From the IMG/VR virus record IMGVR_UViG_3300025889_000075, positions 64,001 through 128,000 of that record: a DNA stretch of 64,000 nucleotides; one strand, given 5' to 3'. Below the pieces are notes generated by a model. It was not told where the DNA came from, searched no databases, and was given only the letters and a program-made list of their open reading frames with translations. Source of the stretch: a virus. Positions 41,108-49,647 of the stretch are shown one piece after another. Made by a program: the position numbers and the translations under genes. Every line of letters begins with the position of its first letter. Position 1 is the first letter of the stretch.

Positions 41108-42148
41108 ATGTCTGAAGAATACTTAGACAATGTTGAACTTCACGATGAGGACAACCAAGTCGAGGAAGGTCACGACATGAAAAACGCAGAAGCGCAAAGC
41201 GTAGCGTCCGTGGATAAAGCATCTGAACCTGGCAAAAAAGCAAAAGCTCGTAAGGGTGATAACACTAAACAGGATCCGATGCCGAAAACTAAAGCAGGCA
41301 TGATCAATGCAATGTATACAAAGATGGCAGGTATGAAGAAAGAAGACCTCGCTCTCGCGTATTCTAAAATGCATGAAGAGTTTGGCGAAATGGAAGAAGA
41401 CGAAACTGTCGAACTTCCAGAAATGTCTTATGATTTTTCTGCCGAACTTACAGATCTCGTTGAATCAGAATCAACTCTTTCTGATGAATTCAAGTCAAAG
41501 ACTGCTGTAATTTTCGAAACTGCAATTCGTTCCAAGATCGCTGAAGAAGTTGATCGATTGGAAGATGATTATCAATCACGACTGGAAGAAGAACTTGAGT
41601 CATCACGTTCTGATATGGTCGAGAAGGTTGATTCCTACCTCAACTATGTTGTTGAAACTTGGATGGAAGAAAACCGTGTTGCTGTTGAGCAAGGTTTACG
41701 TACTGAAATCGCTGAGAACTTTATGGGCAAACTCAAGGAGTTGTTTGTTGAGTCTCACATCGAAGTACCTGAGTCCAAAGTTGACCTAGTTGACGAACTC
41801 GCTGCACAAGTTGATGAGTTGGAAGAAAAACTCAACGCACAAACTTCTGCTGCTATTGCAATGCAAGAAAAAATGGAAGAGTATCAAAGAGAATCTGTGA
41901 TTCGTGAGAATGCACGTGACCTCGCTGATACCGAAGTAGAAAAACTGAGGTCACTCGTATCTTCACTTGACTTTGAAGACCAAGAGTCTTTCGCTCATAA
42001 AGTTAAGACTGTTAAAGAATCTTATTTCAAGAAAGCAGTTGCAACTGAGTCCGAAGAAATCGCTGAAGATTGGAGCGCTGACGTAACTGAAACATCAAGC
42101 GCAATGGATCTCTATCTTAAATCAATCAAGAAAATGCATAAGGAGTAA
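41108..42148 (+). CDS. gp22: Prohead core scaffold gp22
   Basis: Acidic coiled coil, LSDEFKSK...VDSYLNYVVETWMEEN; synteny. Confidence 0.9.
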   Translation: MSEEYLDNVELHDEDNQVEEGHDMKNAEAQSVASVDKASEPGKKAKARKGDNTKQDPMPKTKAGMINAMYTKMAGMKKEDLALAYSKMHEEFGEMEEDETVELPEMSYDFSAELTDLVESESTLSDEFKSKTAVIFETAIRSKIAEEVDRLEDDYQSRLEEELESSRSDMVEKVDSYLNYVVETWMEENRVAVEQGLRTEIAENFMGKLKELFVESHIEVPESKVDLVDELAAQVDELEEKLNAQTSAAIAMQEKMEEYQRESVIRENARDLADTEVEKLRSLVSSLDFEDQESFAHKVKTVKESYFKKAVATESEEIAEDWSADVTETSSAMDLYLKSIKKMHKE

Positions 42149-42151
42149 ACA

Positions 42152-43507
42152 ATGCAACAAGTTTCTTATGATCAATTAGTTGAGAAATGGGCACCTGTAC
42201 TCAACGAAGAGTCTGCTGGTAAGATCCAGGACGCTCATCGTCGTGCAGTAACTGCCGCTGTTCTCGAAAACCAAGAAATCGCTTTCCGTGAAGAGGCTGC
42301 TCAAAATGGAATGCTTAACGAAACTCCAGCAAACGTAACGACTAACGTTGCTAACTGGAACCCAGTACTTATCGCCCTCGTGCGTCGTGCAATGCCTAAC
42401 TTGATGGCATATGACGTTTGTGGTGTTCAACCTATGTCTGGTCCTACTGGTTTGATCTTCGCTATGAAGTCAACCTATAAGACTACTCGTGGTGGCGCTA
42501 CTACTGGCGACGAAGCGTTGTTTAATGAACCACGCGCCGCATATTCTGGTGATTCATCAATAACTTCATCTGGTTATTCATCAGGTTTGGACGGTGTTAC
42601 TGATACAGATAACGACAGTTCTATCGCTGATTCAGGCGGTTCTTATATTCCTAATGGAATTGGAACTCCTCCTGCTGGTGCTGGTATGTCTACTGCTGAC
42701 GCTGAATCTTTGGGTAACACTGGATCTGCTTTTGCAGAAATGGGTTTCACCATTGAAAAAGCAACAGTAACTGCACAATCACGTGCTCTGAAAGCAGAAT
42801 ACACGCTTGAACTCGCTCAAGACTTGAAAGCAATTCATGGTCTTGACGCTGAGACAGAACTTGCTAATATTCTGTCAACAGAAATCCTTGCTGAGATTAA
42901 CCGCGAAGTAATTCGTACGATTAACTCTCAAGCATTGATTGGTGCTACTACGTCTAACCTTCAAACTAAAGGTATTTTTGATCTTTCTACAGACGCTGAT
43001 GGTCGTTGGTCTGCAGAAAAATTCAAGGGTCTTGTAGTTCAGTTGGATCGTGAGTGTAACCAAATCGCTAAAGACACTCGTCGTGGTAAGGGTAACGTTG
43101 TAATCTGTTCTTCAGATGTCGCGACTGCTCTTTCTGCTTCAGGTATGCTTGATTATACTCCTGCTATGTCTACTTCTTTGCAAGTTGACGACACAGGTAA
43201 CACTTTCGCTGGTACTTTGAATGGTCGAGTTCGCGTTTACATCGATCCATATGCTGGCGCTGACTACATCACAGTTGGTTATAAGGGTACTAACCCATAT
43301 GACGCTGGTGTGTTCTACTGTCCTTACGTGCCCCTCCAAATGGTACGTGCGGTTGGTGAGAATGACTTCCAGCCACGTATCGGGTTCAAGACTCGTTATG
43401 GCATGGCTTCCAACCCATACGTTGGTTCAACTCCTGCTAACGGTCTTGCTACAGTACGTACTAACCAATACTATCGTATCTTCCGCGTCGATAATATTTT
43501 GACCTAA
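42152..43507 (+). CDS. gp23: Major capsid protein gp23
   Basis: GVQPMSGPTGLIFAM...SRALKAEYTLELAQDLKAIHGLDAE...FQPRIGFKTRYG. Confidence 0.98.
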   Translation: MQQVSYDQLVEKWAPVLNEESAGKIQDAHRRAVTAAVLENQEIAFREEAAQNGMLNETPANVTTNVANWNPVLIALVRRAMPNLMAYDVCGVQPMSGPTGLIFAMKSTYKTTRGGATTGDEALFNEPRAAYSGDSSITSSGYSSGLDGVTDTDNDSSIADSGGSYIPNGIGTPPAGAGMSTADAESLGNTGSAFAEMGFTIEKATVTAQSRALKAEYTLELAQDLKAIHGLDAETELANILSTEILAEINREVIRTINSQALIGATTSNLQTKGIFDLSTDADGRWSAEKFKGLVVQLDRECNQIAKDTRRGKGNVVICSSDVATALSASGMLDYTPAMSTSLQVDDTGNTFAGTLNGRVRVYIDPYAGADYITVGYKGTNPYDAGVFYCPYVPLQMVRAVGENDFQPRIGFKTRYGMASNPYVGSTPANGLATVRTNQYYRIFRVDNILT

Positions 43508-43554
43508 TAAGAAGAACAATAGTTGCCGATTGGTGACATCCATTCGGATTAATT

Positions 43555-43579
43555 GGGGGACTTCGGTCCCCCTTTTTTT
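43555..43579 (+). terminator. Rho-independent terminator with UUCG tetraloop
   Basis: GGGGGAC-TTCG-GTCCCCC-TTTTTTT after gp23. Confidence 0.92.
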
Positions 43580-43592
43580 GCGTCAAATTTAT

Positions 43593-43600
43593 TATAAATA
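43593..43600 (+). promoter_or_regulatory. T4-type late promoter TATAAATA
   Basis: Exact consensus after the gp23 terminator. Confidence 0.85.
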
Positions 43601-43628
43601 GAGTTGTAATATTACTCGTGAGAATTCC

Positions 43629-44861
43629 ATGGCAACAGTTAATCTTAAAGAAGTAATGGAAGCAGTACAAAAGAAAATTTATGCTGCTGATTCTTCTACC
43701 TCTAATCTTCAAGATTTAATCTATCTTCTCAAAGCAGCAAAAAGAGGAGATGGTACTATGGTTCAGCAGGTAGCGTCTGCTTCTGTTTTGCCTGATTTAA
43801 CTGACAGTGCTGCTGATACTGAGATGATAGCATTCGTACAGAATGAAGGCAAGTTGTATTTTAAACAGGACAGTTCTGGTACGACTGTTTGGAAAACGTA
43901 TACAGTAACTCCGTCAGCACCATCATTTGTTTATGGTGGCGAAACGAGTGGATTTTTTTCTGGTTCTTTATTATATCCAGGAGGCGGCGGGACAAGCAGT
44001 TCATCAATCATAAAAATTCCATTTACGTCCGATACAGGATCTAGTTCTCAAGGGAGCACAACTGTTGCGATGAATAATGCGCACGGATGGTCTAATTCTA
44101 CAAATGGATATATTGCTGGTGGTTCAAGCAGTCCAGTTACTGCCTTCGACTTAACGCAGATTGAAAAATTCCCAATGTCTTCTGCAGCGAGTTCTTCTGA
44201 CACTGGTGCAGATCTGTCCACTTTTCGCGGTGGCGGCGCTGCCAACCACAATGAAAGTTACGGGTACGCTACAGCAGGTAATCCTGTTGCTTCACCTACT
44301 GTTGCTAACGCTACTGATAAATATACTTTTGCGAACGAAACATCAAATGCTGCTATAATCTCAGGACTAACAAACGTCAGTCCTCAGATGCGTTATTCTA
44401 GTGGAGTCCCTAGTCCAACATATGCTTATATAGCAGGTGGACAAAACCCTGCTGTAAGTGCTTATCTTAACAATATTGAAAAATTTCCTTTCGCTGCTGA
44501 AGATACTGTTAGTGATGTTGGTGATTTATTTTTAGCACATCACTCTGGTGCTGCAGTAGCGTCAACAGAAAATGGTTACATTATGGGAGGAAACATTAGT
44601 CCTACTTACACTAATACAATTCAAAAATGGTCTTTTAGTTCTGACGGTAATGGTACTGATGTAGCAGATTTAACAGCTGCCAGTTATGGATCAGGTGGTT
44701 GTTCTTCAACGACTGCTGGATATAAAGCAGGTGGTATCATTACATCACCAACCTTTACTACGTTGACAAATACTGAAAAATTCACTTTTTCATCTGAGTC
44801 CAATTCTTCGAATATAGGTACAAGTCCGATCGGTTCTGATGCAGCAACCCAACAGGTATAA
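43629..44861 (+). CDS. Adaptor (class D) + beta-propeller protein, orphan paralog
   Basis: Same repeat (IEKFPFAAEDTVSDVGDL; SSDGNGTDVADL) and QQV end; closest by eye to 19829. Confidence 0.75.
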   Translation: MATVNLKEVMEAVQKKIYAADSSTSNLQDLIYLLKAAKRGDGTMVQQVASASVLPDLTDSAADTEMIAFVQNEGKLYFKQDSSGTTVWKTYTVTPSAPSFVYGGETSGFFSGSLLYPGGGGTSSSSIIKIPFTSDTGSSSQGSTTVAMNNAHGWSNSTNGYIAGGSSSPVTAFDLTQIEKFPMSSAASSSDTGADLSTFRGGGAANHNESYGYATAGNPVASPTVANATDKYTFANETSNAAIISGLTNVSPQMRYSSGVPSPTYAYIAGGQNPAVSAYLNNIEKFPFAAEDTVSDVGDLFLAHHSGAAVASTENGYIMGGNISPTYTNTIQKWSFSSDGNGTDVADLTAASYGSGGCSSTTAGYKAGGIITSPTFTTLTNTEKFTFSSESNSSNIGTSPIGSDAATQQV

Positions 44862-44864
44862 ACA

Positions 44865-45386
44865 ATGGCATTAACAACAAACATTAATTACCTGCAACCT
44901 ACTGGGTTTGGTATCACGATTAATCGTGAAAACTATCCAAACCTTGAATATTTTGCGCAGGCAGTTTATCATCCAACTGTTAATGTTTCTGGCGTAGAAT
45001 TACCCGTTAGAAGAACTCGTCTTGCTTTTCCTGGTGATAATATCTCGTTTGGAGATCTTAACGTTACTTTCTTAATTGACGAAGATATGAACTCGTATAC
45101 TGAAATGTATAATTGGTTGGTTCGTATTATTCAAAAAAACAACACTACATCATTTAAAGGTATTAGTCTTGGAGGTTTCGATGAAGAAACTATTACAGAA
45201 ATTCCAACAGAGTGTGACATCACAGTATCAATGCTTACTTCTTCGAACAACCCTAATAAGAGAATACGATATTATAATGCCTTTCCTACCTCTATTAGCG
45301 ATATTGAAATGACAGCGACTCAAACTGACATCACACCACTTGTTTTCACATCATCATTTAGATTTGCTTATTTCGAAATAGTATAG
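44865..45386 (+). CDS. gp3: Tail completion / tube terminator gp3
   Basis: NYLQPTGF...LEYFAQ...GDNISFGDLNVTFLIDEDM..Y...AFPTS; synteny. Confidence 0.85.
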   Translation: MALTTNINYLQPTGFGITINRENYPNLEYFAQAVYHPTVNVSGVELPVRRTRLAFPGDNISFGDLNVTFLIDEDMNSYTEMYNWLVRIIQKNNTTSFKGISLGGFDEETITEIPTECDITVSMLTSSNNPNKRIRYYNAFPTSISDIEMTATQTDITPLVFTSSFRFAYFEIV

Positions 45387-45392
45387 TATACT
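45364..45392 (+). promoter_or_regulatory. Sigma70-like promoter for uvsY-uvsW
   Basis: TTGCTT-N17-TATACT. Confidence 0.6.
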
Positions 45393-45416
45393 AACTCTTT
45401 TGACTGAAATTACATT

Positions 45417-45860
45417 ATGAACCTGAATAAAATCCTCGAAGAGTGGAAAGAAGATTCACAACTAGAATCTAACTACCTTGACGAATCTTCTAGATTGACT
45501 CCTTTTCTTCATTCTAAATATCTAGAACTGCTTTCTAATGCTAAGTTACAATTAAAACAGGCAGAGTATAAACAGAAATCATTAATGAAAAAGAAATGGT
45601 TATGGTATAATGGTAAACTGAGTCAGCAAGAAGTTGAAGAACTCGGGTGGGACCCAGACCCATTTGATGGTCTTAAAATACTTAAAGGCGAGATGGAACA
45701 TTATGTTAATGCTGATCCAGAGCTCGTTGAATCGCAAGCGAAAATAGATTACCTTACTACTGTAATAGATACATTGAAAGAAATACTTTCTCATATAACA
45801 TGGCGCCATCAAACAATTAAGAACATGATTGATTGGCGTAAGTTTGAATCAGGCGTTTAA
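45417..45860 (+). CDS. uvsY: Recombination mediator UvsY
   Basis: WKEDS...LHSKYL...WYNGK...IKNMIDWRKF; synteny. Confidence 0.88.
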   Translation: MNLNKILEEWKEDSQLESNYLDESSRLTPFLHSKYLELLSNAKLQLKQAEYKQKSLMKKKWLWYNGKLSQQEVEELGWDPDPFDGLKILKGEMEHYVNADPELVESQAKIDYLTTVIDTLKEILSHITWRHQTIKNMIDWRKFESGV

Positions 45861-47341
45861 TGGAAACCATAGAAACAACACTGAAAGATTATAGCATGAT
45901 TCGCGTGAATTGTTCTAGCGGTATTGCTCAAGAACTTTCAGATTATTTTTGTTTCTTTGTTCCTGGTTATAAGTTTATGCCAGCGTATCGCCGTAAAGTT
46001 TGGGACGGTAAGATACGTTTATTTAATCGAACCAACGGCGAGATTAGTGCAGGTCTTTTCTGGCAGATTAAAAAGTTTGCTATGGAAAGAGGATATGGCG
46101 TTTCTGTTAAAGAAACAAAATATGGTTTACCAAACGATCAAAATAAAGTAAATCATATTGAACTACTCAAAAGCATTTCTCAGTTCGAGAACTTACCTTT
46201 CCTACCGCGCGATTATCAGTATGACGCAATAACCCACGCAATAGAAAAGAAACGTGCAGTTCTAGTTTCTCCGACGGGTTCAGGTAAATCGTTTATAATC
46301 TATTTGTTAATGCGTTGGTTCCTTGAACATAACGAAGATCAGAAAGTTTTAATCGTGGTGCCGACTACAGGACTCGTACAACAGATGTATTCTGACTTTG
46401 ACGAGTACGGGTTTGATTCAGAGACTCATTGCCACCAGATTTATTCTGGTAAAGATAAAGACACCGACAAAAGAATTATCATTACAACCTGGCAATCTGT
46501 TTATAAACTCAGCGGTAAGTGGTTTGAAAACATTGGCGTCATATTCGGCGACGAGTGTCATGGATTTAAAGCGAAGTCTTTATCTTCTATTATGAATAAA
46601 GCGATTAATGCTGAGTATCGTTTTGGTACAACAGGTACGCTCGACGGAACTCAAACACACAAAATGGTTTTAGAAGGTTTATTTGGTCCTGTTTATAAAG
46701 TAACAACAACTGCTAAACTGCAGAAAGAAAAGAAACTTGCAGACCTAAATATTGATATCATACAACTTACTTATCCTAAGGAAGTATGCGATGGATTCGA
46801 AAATAAAACGTATCAAGAAGAAATTGATTTCTTGGTGGGTCATAGAGGTCGCAATTTATTTATTCGCAATCTATGCTGTAGTTTGGATGGCAACACTCTT
46901 GTCTTATTTAATTTGGTAGATAAACACGGTAAGGTATTAAGAGATTTAATCGAAGACAAACTAGAAACCAAAAGAAAATTATTTTATGTATCTGGCGAAA
47001 CTAAATCAAGCGATAGAGAATATGTTAGAAAAATTGTCGAAACTCAAACCGACGCAGTGGTTATCGCATCCTTGGGCACCTTTTCTACTGGGATTAATAT
47101 TAGGAATTTGCATAATATCATTTTTGCATCTCCTTCAAAATCTCAAATCAGAGTATTACAGTCAATCGGACGTGGGTTGCGAGTGTCGGAAGATGGTCGC
47201 GAAACAAAACTCTACGATATTGCCGATGACTTACGATCAAAAGGGAAACCAAATTTTACCTTGCAGCACAGCGCCGAAAGAATAAAAATATATAAGAATG
47301 AGAAGTTTAATTTTAAAGTTACCAGAGTAAATATTTCATGA
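45860..47341 (+). CDS. uvsW: SF2 DNA helicase UvsW
   Basis: SPTGSGKS, DECH, GTTGT, QSIGRGLR. Confidence 0.95.
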   Translation: METIETTLKDYSMIRVNCSSGIAQELSDYFCFFVPGYKFMPAYRRKVWDGKIRLFNRTNGEISAGLFWQIKKFAMERGYGVSVKETKYGLPNDQNKVNHIELLKSISQFENLPFLPRDYQYDAITHAIEKKRAVLVSPTGSGKSFIIYLLMRWFLEHNEDQKVLIVVPTTGLVQQMYSDFDEYGFDSETHCHQIYSGKDKDTDKRIIITTWQSVYKLSGKWFENIGVIFGDECHGFKAKSLSSIMNKAINAEYRFGTTGTLDGTQTHKMVLEGLFGPVYKVTTTAKLQKEKKLADLNIDIIQLTYPKEVCDGFENKTYQEEIDFLVGHRGRNLFIRNLCCSLDGNTLVLFNLVDKHGKVLRDLIEDKLETKRKLFYVSGETKSSDREYVRKIVETQTDAVVIASLGTFSTGINIRNLHNIIFASPSKSQIRVLQSIGRGLRVSEDGRETKLYDIADDLRSKGKPNFTLQHSAERIKIYKNEKFNFKVTRVNIS

Positions 47342-47739
47342 CAATAAGACAAATAAAATTTACGAACGGTGAAGAAATACTTTGCAATGTTATGGAATGG
47401 GATGATGAACTTCTCGTTAAAGATGCTATGCGTATTGAAGCAGTAGGTAGGGGTAATCAAAAGTTTTATGTTTTTCGCCCTTGGTTACATTATCAAGAAA
47501 GTCCTTATAATATTATTTCTATTCAGAGCGAACACATAACTGCAGTTGCTGATCCTAACACTCATTTAAAAGATCAGTATTTTGATGCTGTACATGATAT
47601 GCACGACACCGATGAAGAAAGAAACCAATATTATTTGGCAGAGAGAATGCAGAAATTAAGTGAGATCGCAGGTTCGATAGCAAACGCACAAGCGTTAGAT
47701 TCTGCTAAAAATAATATAATTCAGTTCCCAAGAAATTAG
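47338..47739 (+). CDS. Conserved hypothetical protein between uvsW and gp55
   Basis: IK..NGEEILC N-terminus; ATGA overlap with uvsW. Confidence 0.7.
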   Translation: MTIRQIKFTNGEEILCNVMEWDDELLVKDAMRIEAVGRGNQKFYVFRPWLHYQESPYNIISIQSEHITAVADPNTHLKDQYFDAVHDMHDTDEERNQYYLAERMQKLSEIAGSIANAQALDSAKNNIIQFPRN

Positions 47740-47768
47740 TATGATCCTCCGGCAACCGCTAAGCTCTT

Positions 47769-47797
47769 ATTCTACTGAATTTTTTTAATAAAAGCAA
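47769..47797 (-). promoter_or_regulatory. Antisense sigma70-like promoter upstream of gp55
   Basis: Minus strand TTGCTT-N17-TAGAAT. Confidence 0.5.
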
Positions 47798-47846
47798 CCT
47801 TTTTTACAAATTAAATTTATAGTATAATTTTCTATTTGAGGCAATT

Positions 47847-48437
47847 ATGAAACCAAGTGAAAAACCCCATTACGTTAACAACGCAGAATTTTCTGCAGCA
47901 GTCGTAAAGTACGTAAGTTCTGCTAACCAAGCGAAAGAGAATAATGAACCTAAGCCAATCATTCCTGACTATGTGGCAAGATGTTTCCTTAAAATTGCTG
48001 AAGGGTTGTCACACAAAGCAAACTTTGTTCGTTATACCTATCGCGAAGAAATGGTTATGGATGCAGTAGAGAACTGCCTCAAAGCAATTGAGAATTATAA
48101 TCTGGAAACTGCAACCAGGACAGGTAAACCAAATGCTTTCGCATATTTTACCCAGATTGCTTGGTATGCATTTTTACGAAGAATTCAAAAAGAAAAGAAA
48201 CAGCAAGATATCAAATTAAAGTATCTCGCTGAGTCGGGTTTAGAGCTTCTTGTTTCTGAGGAGATAGATAATGATGAAGCATCAAGACAAACCCAAGCAT
48301 TTGTTGATGAATTAAGACAAAGAATCGATGTTGTCAAAGAACACGATAACCAATTTACTCAATATGTCAAAGAAGAAAAAACTAGAAGAAGAACGAGACA
48401 CGCGGACTCTGACTTAACCGAATTCTTGGTGAATTAA
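47847..48437 (+). CDS. gp55: Late transcription sigma factor gp55
   Basis: HYVNNAEF...IAEGLSHKANF..YTYREEMVMD...NAFAYFTQI...AFLRRIQKEKKQ. Confidence 0.95.
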   Translation: MKPSEKPHYVNNAEFSAAVVKYVSSANQAKENNEPKPIIPDYVARCFLKIAEGLSHKANFVRYTYREEMVMDAVENCLKAIENYNLETATRTGKPNAFAYFTQIAWYAFLRRIQKEKKQQDIKLKYLAESGLELLVSEEIDNDEASRQTQAFVDELRQRIDVVKEHDNQFTQYVKEEKTRRRTRHADSDLTEFLVN

Positions 48438-48595
48438 TGAAACTCTGGACGATCTGGAAATATGCTCTTGGTGGATTCTCAGACGATAAGACCGAACCTT
48501 ACGATGATTATGTTGCTTTACTTCGAACAGTAATTGTTGGAGTAAACTTCATGACTTGTTTTTTTATTATGGCAAACGTGGTGCATAACTGGTGA
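48437..48595 (+). CDS. Small membrane protein (52 aa), absent from the ORF track
   Basis: MKLWTIWKYALGGFSDDKTEPYDDYVALLRTVIVGVNFMTCFFIMANVVHNW; TAATG and GTGA coupling on both sides. Confidence 0.75.
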   Translation: MKLWTIWKYALGGFSDDKTEPYDDYVALLRTVIVGVNFMTCFFIMANVVHNW

Positions 48596-49647
48596 AAATA
48601 GCAATACTAAACGATACTCATTGTGGTATACGAAACTCTTCTGAAATCTTTATGGATTATCAGGAAAAGTTTTATAGAGATGTGTTCTTTCCGTTTTTAA
48701 AAGAAAACGATATTAAGAAAATTATTCATCTGGGAGATTATTATGAAAACAGGACTTCGATCAATTTTAAAGCACTTAATCACAATCGTAGGATATTCCT
48801 TGACGTTCTTAGGGATATGCATATTCACATGGATATTATTCCTGGGAATCACGATGTCTACTACAAAAACACCAATAAACTAAATGCGTTGAAAGAACTT
48901 CTTGGTCATTATATGAACGAGGTTCGTATTATTGAGAAACCAACCGTAGAACAATATGACAGCCTAAAGATAGCGTTAATCCCCTGGATTAATCCAGACA
49001 ATGAAGAAGAAACAGTTCAGTTTATTAATAATTGCACTGCTGATGTTGTTGGAGCACACTTAGAATTATTTGGGTTCGAAATGCAAAAAGGCGTGTCGTG
49101 TCCAGCGGGTATGGATCATTCGTTATTTTCCCGTTTCGAAGCAGTTCTCTCAGGTCATTTTCATACTAAGTCACAGAACGATAATGTTCATTATCTTGGT
49201 TCTCAGATGCAGTTCTTTTGGTCAGATTGCGACGATAGAAAATACTTTCATGTTCTTGATACTGAAACTCGTGAACTTCAAGCAGTTGAGAACCCAATAA
49301 CAATATTTGAAAAAATTTATTATGACGATAACAAATCAGCGCTGACTAATTTATCGCACCTAGATGATAAGTTTGTTAAATTGATTGTTGTTAATAAATC
49401 AAACCCAGTAGAATTTGAGAAATTTGTTGATAAAATAAACGCTAGAAAAATATTTGGTTTACAAATCGTTGAGAATTTTCAAGATTTTTCAGGATCAAAT
49501 GTGCTCGACGATAAAATATCAGTTGAAAACACTGAAACTTTATTATATACTTACATTGATGCAGTTGATACTGATCTTGACAAAGATAGAATTAAATCTG
49601 ATGTAAGGCGTTTGATGATTGAAGCACAAACTATGGAGATTGCGTGA
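48592..49647 (+). CDS. gp47: Recombination endonuclease gp47 (Mre11/SbcD-like)
   Basis: DTH, GD, GNHD and GHFH phosphoesterase motifs. Confidence 0.94.
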   Translation: MKIAILNDTHCGIRNSSEIFMDYQEKFYRDVFFPFLKENDIKKIIHLGDYYENRTSINFKALNHNRRIFLDVLRDMHIHMDIIPGNHDVYYKNTNKLNALKELLGHYMNEVRIIEKPTVEQYDSLKIALIPWINPDNEEETVQFINNCTADVVGAHLELFGFEMQKGVSCPAGMDHSLFSRFEAVLSGHFHTKSQNDNVHYLGSQMQFFWSDCDDRKYFHVLDTETRELQAVENPITIFEKIYYDDNKSALTNLSHLDDKFVKLIVVNKSNPVEFEKFVDKINARKIFGLQIVENFQDFSGSNVLDDKISVENTETLLYTYIDAVDTDLDKDRIKSDVRRLMIEAQTMEIA

